Assembly: GCA_965650625.1 (NCBI GenBank) | Contig: CBFGPE010000004.1 | Coordinates: forward strand, 23,115-87,114 | Direction: 5' to 3' | From: an uncultured Azospirillum sp. | GTDB taxonomy: Bacteria; Pseudomonadota; Alphaproteobacteria; Azospirillales; Azospirillaceae | Length of the DNA stretch: 64,000 bases | Notes under the pieces: model-generated | Seen by the model: the letters and a program-made list of their open reading frames with translations, nothing else | Database searches by the model: none | What the model was told of the DNA's origin: nothing | Part shown: positions 55,991-64,000 of the stretch, one piece after another | Position numbering within the stretch: position 1 is the stretch's first letter | Layout of the letters: each line of letters opens with the position of its first letter | Position numbers and translations under genes: made by a program

Positions 55991-57928
55991 ATGCGGCTGA
56001 TCTGCGGCTTCCTGCGTCTCGACGGGTGTCCGGCCGAGGGCGAACGGCTCGACGCCATGGCGGCCGCCATGGTGGGGCCAGGCCTGTCACCGTCCGTCGC
56101 CCGCCGTATCGACGGCCCGGTGGCCCTGGCGATGCTCGACTTCGCCAGTCCCCGTTCCTGGCCGGCGGCCGGGGGGATGCCGGCTGGAGAGAGCGGCCTG
56201 CTGCTGGCGGCCGATATCCGCCTCGATGAACCGGACCGGCTGGCCGGGGCGTTGGGCGGAGCGCTGGGCAACGCAGACGGCTCCGCCGGCACGGGACGGG
56301 ACGACGGACTGCTGCTATCCGCGCTGGAGCGCTGGGGACAGGGGGGCGTGGGCCGCGTGCTCGGCGACTTCGCCTTTGCGGCGTGGGATCCGCGCTCGCG
56401 CAGCCTGCTGTGCGCCCGCGACGCCATGGGGGTGCGCCCCTTCTTCTTCCTGCACCGTCCGGGTGAGGCCTTCGCCTTCGCCTCGCTGCCGCGCGGGCTG
56501 CATGCCGGCGGCTTCGCTGCGCGGGAACTCGACGAGGAGTACCTGCTCGGCACGCTGTTGCTTACGCCCCTCGGGCCGGAGCGCTCGTTCTTCCGTGGGA
56601 TGGAGCGTCTGGCGCCGGGCGGCCTGCTGCGGGTTTCGGCCGGAGGGCTCGAACGGAGTCTCCACTGGCAACCCGACGAGGCCACGGCGGGGCGCCGAGC
56701 CTGCCGGCCGGAAGAGGCGGCCGAAGAGATGGCGGCGCTGCTGGCGGAAGCGGTGCGCTGCCGCCTGCCCGCGGCGGGGCCGGTGGCGACGCATCTCAGC
56801 GGCGGCCTCGACTCCTCGACCGTTACCGTCCTGGCGGCGCGGATGCTGCGCGGCCAGGGGCGTCCGCTGTGCGCCTATTCGTTCCTGCCGCGACGAGGCG
56901 ACGGCTATTCGGACAACGACGAGCGGCCGTATATCGATGCCGTCCTCCGCCAGGAGCCGGACATCGACTGGACTCCCGTCCACATCACCGACCCGGCGGC
57001 CTTCGTCCTGCCGCGCCTGGATCCGGATCAGCCCTACTCCTGCGACCCCGCCACGCCCGAGGTACAGGTCTGTGCCGACGCCGCGGCGCGCGGCGCCGGC
57101 ACCTTGCTAACAGGCTGGGGCGGCGACGAGGGGGCGACCTTCCATGGCGGCGGAGCCTTGGCCGAAGCGTTCCTGGCCGGACGCTGGCGGACCCTGGCCC
57201 GGGAGGTTCGGGCTCTGGAGAAACTGGGGCGGTCGCCGATGTCGGTGGTGCGCGGCGACATCCTGCCCTACCTGATTCCCGATCGGGCGCAACGGCTGAT
57301 CAGGCGCCTGCTGGGCCGACCGCCGCAACGGACCGGCTACGAGAGGGTCGCCGCGCTGCTCCGCCCCGGCGCGGTTGCCGGGGTTTCATCGTCGAGCTTC
57401 GTCTTCAGGCCCGACGCCGTGGCGAACCGCTTGGCGGGGCTGACGGAGCCGGGCGTCGCGGCCAACGTCGAGAAGCTGGCGACGATGGGGGCCCGGTATG
57501 GTCTCGCCGTCGCCTTCCCGATGCTGGACCGGCGGCTGGTCGCGTTCGTGCTGTCGTTGCCCAGCGCCCTGTTCCTGCGCGACGGGTGGAGGAGGCGCCT
57601 CTTCCGCGACGCCATGGCCGGCGTGCTGCCGTCCGAAATCCGCTGGCGCCCGGACAAGCTCGCCGCGATTCCGGAACAGCCGGACCTCGTGCTCGGGCAG
57701 CGCGACGCCCTGTTGGCGCAGTTGCCCCCGTTGCGCCGGCATCCGCGCATTGCCGCCCTCTTCGACCTCGACGTCATCGAGGAGCGGCTGCGTGCCCTGC
57801 CGTCCGCCGACGAGACGCCGAAGACCTTGTCACTCCGGGAGGCGCAAGAGGTCAGGCGGAGCATCTCGGTACTTTGGCGGGTTCTCTGCTTCGCCATCTA
57901 CGTGCAGCATCATCACGGTATGGACTGA
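55991..57928 (+). CDS. Asparagine-synthase-like lasso peptide cyclase (C protein)
   Basis: GDFAFAAWD, ARDAMGVRP, HLSGGLDS, TGWGGDE, and PMLDRRLV..RR.FRDAM. Lacks the Cys at residue 2 needed for glutaminase activity. Adjacent to B1/B2. Confidence 0.8.
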   Translation: MRLICGFLRLDGCPAEGERLDAMAAAMVGPGLSPSVARRIDGPVALAMLDFASPRSWPAAGGMPAGESGLLLAADIRLDEPDRLAGALGGALGNADGSAGTGRDDGLLLSALERWGQGGVGRVLGDFAFAAWDPRSRSLLCARDAMGVRPFFFLHRPGEAFAFASLPRGLHAGGFAARELDEEYLLGTLLLTPLGPERSFFRGMERLAPGGLLRVSAGGLERSLHWQPDEATAGRRACRPEEAAEEMAALLAEAVRCRLPAAGPVATHLSGGLDSSTVTVLAARMLRGQGRPLCAYSFLPRRGDGYSDNDERPYIDAVLRQEPDIDWTPVHITDPAAFVLPRLDPDQPYSCDPATPEVQVCADAAARGAGTLLTGWGGDEGATFHGGGALAEAFLAGRWRTLAREVRALEKLGRSPMSVVRGDILPYLIPDRAQRLIRRLLGRPPQRTGYERVAALLRPGAVAGVSSSSFVFRPDAVANRLAGLTEPGVAANVEKLATMGARYGLAVAFPMLDRRLVAFVLSLPSALFLRDGWRRRLFRDAMAGVLPSEIRWRPDKLAAIPEQPDLVLGQRDALLAQLPPLRRHPRIAALFDLDVIEERLRALPSADETPKTLSLREAQEVRRSISVLWRVLCFAIYVQHHHGMD

Positions 57929-58462
57929 CTGACCGGCCGCCGCTGTATTGGCTGCTGTACTGGGTGCCGTCTCGTGGGTGAAGCGGGCGATTTCGGTGAA
58001 GCCGCGGCTGACCGGGACGCCGACCACGCCCATGTCGCCGACGGTCAGCCACGCGTGCGCTTCCATCCTCTGGCCGGCCCTCTGGCCGTCCCGGTGGCCG
58101 GTGCCATCCGTGGCCAGGCGCATGCCGAAATGGAGCGTCGAGGCGATGCAGCGCCGATGGAGCATCAGCTTGGCAACGATTGCCTGTGGCAGACAGTGCG
58201 CCTGGCACGGCAGATGGCGGGCGGCACGACCGACCGCCATTCCGACCCTGCGGATGGCGGTCTGCCGTCGTTCGTCAAGGGGAAAGGCGGCGTCGATGCC
58301 GCTGGATGGAGGGCCGCCGGACAGGACGCCGAACCGGGCGGCGATCCATCGGAACGGCAGCAGGCCCAGCACCGCGAGTGCCAGCACCAGCCACGCCGCC
58401 GCCTCCAGCGTCAGCCACCGGTCCCCTGCGGGAAGGTTCAGGAATTTACGCAGCCGTTCCAT
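57830..58462 (-). CDS. Lasso peptide B2 leader peptidase (transglutaminase-like)
   Basis: CLPQA (Cys), LHFG, AHAW (His), and VVG. Confidence 0.88.
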   Translation of the reverse strand: MERLRKFLNLPAGDRWLTLEAAAWLVLALAVLGLLPFRWIAARFGVLSGGPPSSGIDAAFPLDERRQTAIRRVGMAVGRAARHLPCQAHCLPQAIVAKLMLHRRCIASTLHFGMRLATDGTGHRDGQRAGQRMEAHAWLTVGDMGVVGVPVSRGFTEIARFTHETAPSTAANTAAAGQSVHTVMMLHVDGEAENPPKYRDAPPDLLRLPE

Positions 58463-58754
58463 CGCCCGGCTTCAGCAGCCCGCGCTCATGCAAGGTCCCC
58501 AGGAAGCGCTCAGCCTCGTCCCGTGCCGTGGCGGGGGCGACCTCGTACTCGGCGACCAGTTGCGCGACCAGCCGCTCCAGCGTCGTGGGGGTTTCGAGCA
58601 ATTCCCAGATCCGGGTGCCGACGGGGTTCAGGTTGAAGTAGGTGCCGCTCTCGACGCTCATCATCAACAGCTCGTCGTTGACGGCGGCGGTCAGCAGACC
58701 GTCGGCACGCTGGAAGGCTTCATTCCGGGACGGTGCCGCGTCATTCATGGACAT
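58446..58754 (-). CDS. PqqD-family RiPP recognition element (lasso B1)
   Basis: ELLMMS..SGTYFNLNPVGTRIWELL...EYEV....ARDE...FL..L...GLL. Confidence 0.9.
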   Translation of the reverse strand: MSMNDAAPSRNEAFQRADGLLTAAVNDELLMMSVESGTYFNLNPVGTRIWELLETPTTLERLVAQLVAEYEVAPATARDEAERFLGTLHERGLLKPGDGTAA

Positions 58755-58833
58755 TCCCTTTCCAAGCAATTCCCTGCTGTCTCGGGCAACTATTCAGATG
58801 ACAATGTGCGCCCACCTGTCAAACGATAGCGGA

Positions 58834-59685
58834 TCACAAATAGCCGTATCGCTTCATCATCGGGCGATGAGCGGCTGCGATGGCTTCCTGTTGGACCGGC
58901 GTGAGCGTCTCGGCCCACGCCCCCGCGCGGCCGGAGCGGAAGAACGGCGCGATCGATTTCAGTGACCGCTCGGAAAACCCTTTCTGCTGCTCCTGCCGCT
59001 GCAGCGTGGTGAAGTCCGCAAAGCGAGCGGCGCGTTCCACCTGTGCCCGTGACGCTGCCAGCCCCAAAAAAGCGATGGCCGCGCCGAAGCTGCCGACAGG
59101 ATCTGCCCGCAGATCCTCGTACCGTAGTACGTGTACCGGCACATCGTACTGCTCGGTCCAACTGGCCACATGACCACTCCAGTCCAGCGTCACCTGGGGA
59201 AGCTGGCTTTCCAGATGGTTGAGGTTCGCGGCCAAAGTGTGGTGGTTGGAGTTCAGCCATCCGATGGCGTGGTCGATGCCGACATGCGCGTGGAAGGAAA
59301 AAGACACGGCTACATCGCGCGGGTCACGTACTATGTATAGCGCCGCGCGCGCCACGCCACGGCCCAAAACCGGCTCACCGTCGGGGTTTACCCGGTACGC
59401 ATCGTGTACCTTGAGGTACACCGGCTCCGTTGTCTCCGCCACGATGCCCTCGATGATCCGAGGGCGCAGCCGGTCCGCCTCGTCCTTCGTCAGCAGATCC
59501 GTGTCGATCAAAGTGATGTCGTCGGCGTCGGCCCGATTGACCGGATAACGGTTGCAGAGGTTGATCCGGTTGATATCGACCGGCTCCTCCCCCATGGATA
59601 GCAGGTTGGCGAAAAGCAAACGCAGCCACGTGTTGCCCGATTTCGGATAGGACGCCAGCCAAACGATCCTGCCCTCCGGCGCCAT
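58834..59685 (-). CDS. Sulfotransferase (Sulfotransfer_1)
   Basis: WLASYPKSGNTWLR, KVHD, YIVRDPRDVAVS, RYEDL, and FFRSGRAG.W. Confidence 0.92.
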   Translation of the reverse strand: MAPEGRIVWLASYPKSGNTWLRLLFANLLSMGEEPVDINRINLCNRYPVNRADADDITLIDTDLLTKDEADRLRPRIIEGIVAETTEPVYLKVHDAYRVNPDGEPVLGRGVARAALYIVRDPRDVAVSFSFHAHVGIDHAIGWLNSNHHTLAANLNHLESQLPQVTLDWSGHVASWTEQYDVPVHVLRYEDLRADPVGSFGAAIAFLGLAASRAQVERAARFADFTTLQRQEQQKGFSERSLKSIAPFFRSGRAGAWAETLTPVQQEAIAAAHRPMMKRYGYL

Positions 59686-60596
59686 CAGGCACTCTCCCGG
59701 AGGTGCGCAAGAACCATTTGGACGGTTTCATCGAGACGGCCGAAATCAATGGCCTGGGAAAGTCGGAAGACACGGACATGGCCGAGCAGGGCGGCGATCT
59801 GGCCGAAAAGCTGGGTGTCACGTCCCATATGGGACGCCAAGGACGAGCGATACACCTCCCGGCGCAGCAGGGGTGCTGCCTCCACCAGCTTGAGGGGCAG
59901 GAAGGCCGGGACCTGCGGTGGCCGCACTTGCCGGAGCAGAATGACGGTCTTCAGCGGAAAGCTGGGCTGCGCACCCGCGCCACAGGGATCGACATGGTAT
60001 TTCCGGATGCCTTTCCTGACCGCCTCTCCCTGACGGTCGGCAAGCGACAGTCGTTCCACGGCTTCGGCCCACAATCGGTGCCAACGCCCGTCGGACAGCA
60101 CGGAGGGGCGGCCGTCCGGACCGAACCGGATGGCCGAGACGTCATCGCTGATGAACCCGCCTCCCGCCCGGCACAACGCTGCGGCAAAGGTTGATTTCCC
60201 CGCTCCGGTCGGGCCGCACAGCGCCACGCCGCAACCATCGAGGGAGACGGCCGCCGCATGCAGTACCAGGCTCCCGCGCTGATGCAGCGCGGCGCCGAGC
60301 CCAGTACCCAGAAGGAAAGGTGCGGCATCCGCCTCACGCCCCGGCGCTTCCAGAGCCGCAATGATCTCGCGCCCGGCGATGACCAGGCAACGGACCACGC
60401 CGGGTACATGAAAGAGAAACGAGGAACCAGCAACCTGCCAGTTCGGTCCGACGTAGCTTGCACCTTCCATCGTCGTCGGTACGGCACCGCGCCGGATCAC
60501 CACATCCGGTTCAGACCGGGACCGTTCGATCTCCTGATACCCTGCTAAAGCGAACTCCGAAGCGACCGACTGCCCACAGATCAGGTATTGGAACAA
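59685..60596 (-). CDS. HPr-kinase-like lasso peptide kinase (PadeK-type candidate)
   Basis: LVLHAAAV, GPTGAGKST, and ISDD. TTG start; TGATG overlap with the sulfotransferase. Confidence 0.82.
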   Translation of the reverse strand: MFQYLICGQSVASEFALAGYQEIERSRSEPDVVIRRGAVPTTMEGASYVGPNWQVAGSSFLFHVPGVVRCLVIAGREIIAALEAPGREADAAPFLLGTGLGAALHQRGSLVLHAAAVSLDGCGVALCGPTGAGKSTFAAALCRAGGGFISDDVSAIRFGPDGRPSVLSDGRWHRLWAEAVERLSLADRQGEAVRKGIRKYHVDPCGAGAQPSFPLKTVILLRQVRPPQVPAFLPLKLVEAAPLLRREVYRSSLASHMGRDTQLFGQIAALLGHVRVFRLSQAIDFGRLDETVQMVLAHLRESA

Positions 60597-60705
60597 TCAC
60601 CACTCCCAACGCCAGAACGGCATCCTGCCATAGTGTACATCCATCCTTCGCTTCTGGAGGGAGGAAGCTCCGATCACCGATCTGGGAGAGCTGATAAACC
60701 CTAGT

Positions 60706-60873
60706 TCATGACGCCGTAGTATAGGCGGTGGGATTGCTCCCTTCCGGAGTGCCGGCACCTTTCTGCAAGGTCAAGGTCTGAATGCTCTGGCTCTGGATTT
60801 CCGGCGTGACCCACACTTTCTTGGGCTGAGCGGGTTCAGCGTTCGCCGGATGGGGGAGGTCATGCGCAGGCAT
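60706..60873 (-). CDS. Candidate lasso peptide precursor (55 aa), not in the ORF track
   Basis: Manual translation: MPAHDLPHPANAEPAQPKKVWVTPEIQSQSIQTLTL-QKGAGTPEGSNPTAYTTAS*. It has a WxxPxI leader motif, Thr at -2, Glu at core position 8 and a C-terminal Ser, and lies directly upstream of the kinase. Confidence 0.75.
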   Translation of the reverse strand: MPAHDLPHPANAEPAQPKKVWVTPEIQSQSIQTLTLQKGAGTPEGSNPTAYTTAS

Positions 60874-60985
60874 GATGAAGCTTTCGGTCTGGTCGGCAGA
60901 GAGCGGGCCGCAGGTAGTCTGCGACCCCTATGAAACCTAGCAGGATACCGTCAGAGTGACAAGCATCGGTGGCAGCAGCCACGAC

Positions 60986-61537
60986 TCATGCGGGATATTG
61001 TGGTCCCGCCGTCAATTTGGCCTGCTTGGGATCCGGGTGCCACACCATGCTCCAGGCTGGTCCCTGCATTCCAACTTCGACGAAGCCCAGACGGCGGTAG
61101 AGGATCTGCGCCGGGTTCGTCATATCCACGGCGAGGCTGACCGTCTTGCCCTCGTTGGCGGCTTCGGCCTGCACCGCCCGGATCAGCGCCGTTCCCAGGC
61201 CGCGGCCCCGCCATTCCGGAACCAGCGACACGTCGACGACGCGCACGTCGCCGGCAGTACGGAGCAGGTAGAGCCGCCCGATGGGGACGTCGCCCTGCAC
61301 CAGGATGCCGAAATCGGCATCGGCGTAGGCGGCGGCGTAGTGGTGCGCCTGGAAGGCGAACTGCTGGGCCAGGAACGCCCGCTTGGCTTCCTCCGGCCAT
61401 CCGGTCGGATCGAGTTCGCCGATGCGGATCGAGACGAACAGCCGCTCCAGGAACGGCCGGTCGTCCGCGGTCTCGCCACGCAGGGCGAAGCCCTGCCCTG
61501 CGCCATGCAGGGCAAGGCTTCGGTATGCGGTCTGCAT
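60986..61537 (-). CDS. GNAT N-acetyltransferase
   Basis: QFAFQAHHY...PIGRLY...VVDVSLVPEWRGRGLGT...NPAQILYRRLGF. Confidence 0.88.
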   Translation of the reverse strand: MQTAYRSLALHGAGQGFALRGETADDRPFLERLFVSIRIGELDPTGWPEEAKRAFLAQQFAFQAHHYAAAYADADFGILVQGDVPIGRLYLLRTAGDVRVVDVSLVPEWRGRGLGTALIRAVQAEAANEGKTVSLAVDMTNPAQILYRRLGFVEVGMQGPAWSMVWHPDPKQAKLTAGPQYPA

Positions 61538-61550
61538 CGCCGGCACGCGA

Positions 61551-62147
61551 TCAATTCCGCACCGGGAAGACCCCGTCATTGTTGATGCAGAACAGCATCG
61601 TCAGATACGGCTGCCGGTTCTCATGCGCATCGACGCCGCCCGCGGTGTTGCCGCCGCCGACGGTGATGGAAGCCCCATGCATCATCGTGTCGGGCGACTG
61701 TCCGGTGTTCGCGATGTACGCCGCCACGTTGTTGTAGGTGGTGGCGGAAGTCGGCTGGACGACACGCGCCAGCCAGGACTGGTTGGCCACGGGCGTGGTC
61801 TGCGTGTTGGTCTGAATGCCGGTCGCTACCGGATTCTCCACCGTCATCGTGTGGTTGTGCGGCGGTAGCTGCTGGCCGCTGAGAACCACCGTCTTGCTGC
61901 CGACCGTCGTGGCCCCCCAGTGCCGCGGCGACAGGCCCGGCCCCTGGCCCTGGCACATGACGGTGAAGCCCTGCAGGTTGGGCAGCTTGAAGGTCTGGTT
62001 GGGGGTGCCGCCCCAGGTGTTGCCGATGATGGCGTAGAGCGCCGCATTCAGGGGCGCGGAGATTTCCTGCCCGTTGCAGATGTACCAGCCCTGCGGAACG
62101 TACCCGAAGGCGAATGCGCGAATTTCGCCGATGTAAGCGTCAGCCAT
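61551..62147 (-). CDS. Phage tail collar domain protein 3 (MdpB-like)
   Basis: YIGEIRAFAF...PQGWYICNGQ...LYAIIGNTWGG...FKLPNLQG...HENRQPYL..FCI...GVFP.RN. Confidence 0.88.
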   Translation of the reverse strand: MADAYIGEIRAFAFGYVPQGWYICNGQEISAPLNAALYAIIGNTWGGTPNQTFKLPNLQGFTVMCQGQGPGLSPRHWGATTVGSKTVVLSGQQLPPHNHTMTVENPVATGIQTNTQTTPVANQSWLARVVQPTSATTYNNVAAYIANTGQSPDTMMHGASITVGGGNTAGGVDAHENRQPYLTMLFCINNDGVFPVRN

Positions 62148-62162
62148 GGTTTTGCCTCCCTC

Positions 62163-62705
62163 TTACGCCCGGGTGGGGAAAGTGCCGTTCAGGGCGATGA
62201 TATAGGTCAGGACCGCGGTGGGCATGACGTTGGCATGCCCGACGCCCGCCCCCTCGGTCGAGATGGTGGAGGCCACCGGGTTGACCGCCGATCCGCCGGC
62301 GCTGCCCAGGCCGCTCTTCAGGTACATGGCCGTGGGGCTGGTGGTGTTGGCGAACATCACCGTGCTGCCGGGGTTCGGCGTGGTGGCCGGGAGGCCGGCG
62401 GTCCGCAGGAGGTGGTTGTGCGCCCCGGTGTGCGCGGCCTGCAGCGACACGGTCTCGCTGCCGCCGGACTGCCCCATGACGCGGTTGGTTAGGCCGGTTC
62501 CTTGGCCCTGCCCGATCGGGATGCGGCCGCGCAGGTCGGGGATGCCGAAGGTCTGGACGCCGTCGCCGCCGTAGGTGGTGCCGATCAGCGCGTACAGCGC
62601 CTGATAGGTGTTGATGGCAAGCAGCGAGCCGTCGCAGATGTGCCAGTCGGCTGGTGGGTAGCTGCCCGCGAACAGCCGGATCTCGCCAACGAAATAATCG
62701 GTCAT
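62163..62705 (-). CDS. Phage tail collar domain protein 2 (MdpB-like)
   Basis: FVGEIRLFAG...WHICDG.LL....ALYALIGTTYGGDG..TF.IPDLRGR...H.NVMP...YIIAL.G.FP. Confidence 0.9.
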   Translation of the reverse strand: MTDYFVGEIRLFAGSYPPADWHICDGSLLAINTYQALYALIGTTYGGDGVQTFGIPDLRGRIPIGQGQGTGLTNRVMGQSGGSETVSLQAAHTGAHNHLLRTAGLPATTPNPGSTVMFANTTSPTAMYLKSGLGSAGGSAVNPVASTISTEGAGVGHANVMPTAVLTYIIALNGTFPTRA

Positions 62706-62738
62706 GGATGCTCCCTTCTCCGAATCAATGGGCCGTCG

Positions 62739-63281
62739 TCAGTTCCGCGCCGGATAAAGGCCGACGATCGCGATGCAGAAATTCAGCACTAGGAAGGGTT
62801 GCATGTTGTTGTGCCCCGCGGCGGCAGGCGTGGTGGAGATCGTCGCCGGGTTGAGCGTGATGGGGGCCGTTCCGGGCGCGCCGTAGATGCTCGGCGCCGT
62901 CGTCACCTTCGCATTGGTGCCTGTCGAGGCGAAGAAGTTGCCGGACGGATTCGGTGCGACACCGGCGGCGGCGAGCCCGTTGACCGTGTGCTGGTGCGGC
63001 GGGATCTGGGTGCCGGTCAGCGCCACCGTCTCCACCCCCAGCGCCTTGCCGCGCATGTAGTCGCCCGAGGGATCGTTCAGGTTCAGGTGAGCCATCGCGC
63101 GCCCGCGCAGGTCGGGCAGATTGAACGTCGTCGTCCCGTTGCCGCCGTACGTCGTGCCGAGCAGGGAGAACAGCGCCTGGTTCCCCTGGATTTGCATGGT
63201 GGTGCCGTCGCACAGATGCCATCCGTCCGGCGCCCAATTCATCGGGAACACCCGGATTTCGCCCAAGAACCAATCACTCAT
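62739..63281 (-). CDS. Phage tail collar domain protein 1 (MdpB-like)
   Basis: FLGEIRVF...WHLCDG...NQALFSLLGTTYGGNGTTTFNLPDLRGR...HNNMQPFLVLNFCIAIVGLYP.RN. Confidence 0.9.
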   Translation of the reverse strand: MSDWFLGEIRVFPMNWAPDGWHLCDGTTMQIQGNQALFSLLGTTYGGNGTTTFNLPDLRGRAMAHLNLNDPSGDYMRGKALGVETVALTGTQIPPHQHTVNGLAAAGVAPNPSGNFFASTGTNAKVTTAPSIYGAPGTAPITLNPATISTTPAAAGHNNMQPFLVLNFCIAIVGLYPARN

Positions 63282-63669
63282 AGCGTTCCTCCTCGCAGCC
63301 TTGGAGCGTACCAGAAGCATGCAAATCAATGGCGACCGGCAACTTCGGATACATACTCCTGCCTATATCACGGGTTGATTTGGCCTTATCGCATCAAATT
63401 GTGACAAAGGCGCCCTCCACATGCAACGGGATGTCTGTTTGATTTCAATGCAGTAGCAATACGCGATATGGCATACGTAAGCGTGTTGCGGACCTTGAGA
63501 TAATCTACTGGAAGTACGTTCGCGGTCCCGACCTTGGTTCTGGTTCCATGCGACTCGGATGTATCACCGGAATGTTTTTCGCCTTTGCCGGTCTTCGTTT
63601 CCAAGCCCGTGACGGTTCGGGTATGGTCGCGCCCGCGAACCAGCCTGCCATCCCATGACGGGAACCGCC

Positions 63670-64000
63670 ATGCGAGCGATCCTTTTCGGCCTGCTCCGGC
63701 ACCTTCGCCCGTCCGGGGATGCGGTATCCCCGGCGGGGGAATTCGCCGCCTTCCTGCGCGACGTCGCCGCCTTCGCCGGCTGGCGGCTGGCCGGGATGGC
63801 GGTGCTGGCGGTGCTGGCCGCCGCGGCGGAGGGTATCGGCCTGCTGCTGCTGGTGCCGCTGCTCTCGATGGTCGGTGTCGGGGTCGGCGGCGTGGGAGGT
63901 AACCGGCCGGGGGAGAGCGGCCGGTCCTGGCTGGCCTTCCTTGGACTGGGGACCGGACTGGAAGGCGCGCTGGTCCTCTATGTGGTCCTGGTGGCGGCGG
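63670..64000 (+). CDS. ABC transporter permease/ATP-binding protein, N-terminal part (lasso D-type candidate), truncated by the window edge
   Basis: Manual translation MRAILFGLLRH...LAVLAAAAEGIGLLLLVPLLSMVG... is hydrophobic and open to the window end. Confidence 0.65.
   Translation, partial: MRAILFGLLRHLRPSGDAVSPAGEFAAFLRDVAAFAGWRLAGMAVLAVLAAAAEGIGLLLLVPLLSMVGVGVGGVGGNRPGESGRSWLAFLGLGTGLEGALVLYVVLVAA

Noticed and set aside
55991-57928. Housekeeping asparagine synthetase AsnB
   Set aside because: It lacks the N-terminal catalytic Cys position (MRLICG) and sits beside B1, B2 and a precursor.
61551-63281. Prophage tail module or contractile injection system
   Set aside because: No sheath, tube, baseplate or spike genes in the window.

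Overview
High-GC alphaproteobacterial window. Azospirillum-like origin is an inference from gene style, not confirmed. It holds two accessory regions. (1) About 1-49.3 kb is a large surface-glycan biosynthesis and decoration island. It has GDP-heptose genes (hddA, gmhA, hddC-gmhB fusion, Cj1427-like dehydrogenase) and a GDP-fucose-synthase-like gene frameshifted by an (AGCGGCTG)x3 repeat. It has an apparently complete Campylobacter-type O-methyl phosphoramidate (MeOPN) pathway whose kinase is fused to a sulfotransferase-like domain, and a ColD + TPP-dependent E1 alpha/beta set suggesting a branched sugar. It also carries a WavE cassette, many TPR-glycosyltransferases and sulfotransferases, mtnA/mtnP, a small phage tail-fibre/C1q cassette and a HEPN-motif protein. 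(2) About 49.4-64 kb has a serralysin-like RTX metalloprotease with nine ~40-aa C-terminal repeats, tailoring enzymes and a lasso-peptide-type cluster: cyclase, B2, B1/PqqD, sulfotransferase, HPr-kinase-like enzyme and a partial ABC transporter. A 55-aa candidate lasso precursor absent from the ORF track lies at 60706-60873 (-). It is co-oriented downstream of three tail-collar proteins and a GNAT. No rRNA, tRNA, CRISPR array, transposase or integrase was recognised. Family assignments rest on motifs read by eye and recalled reference proteins; no searches were run.
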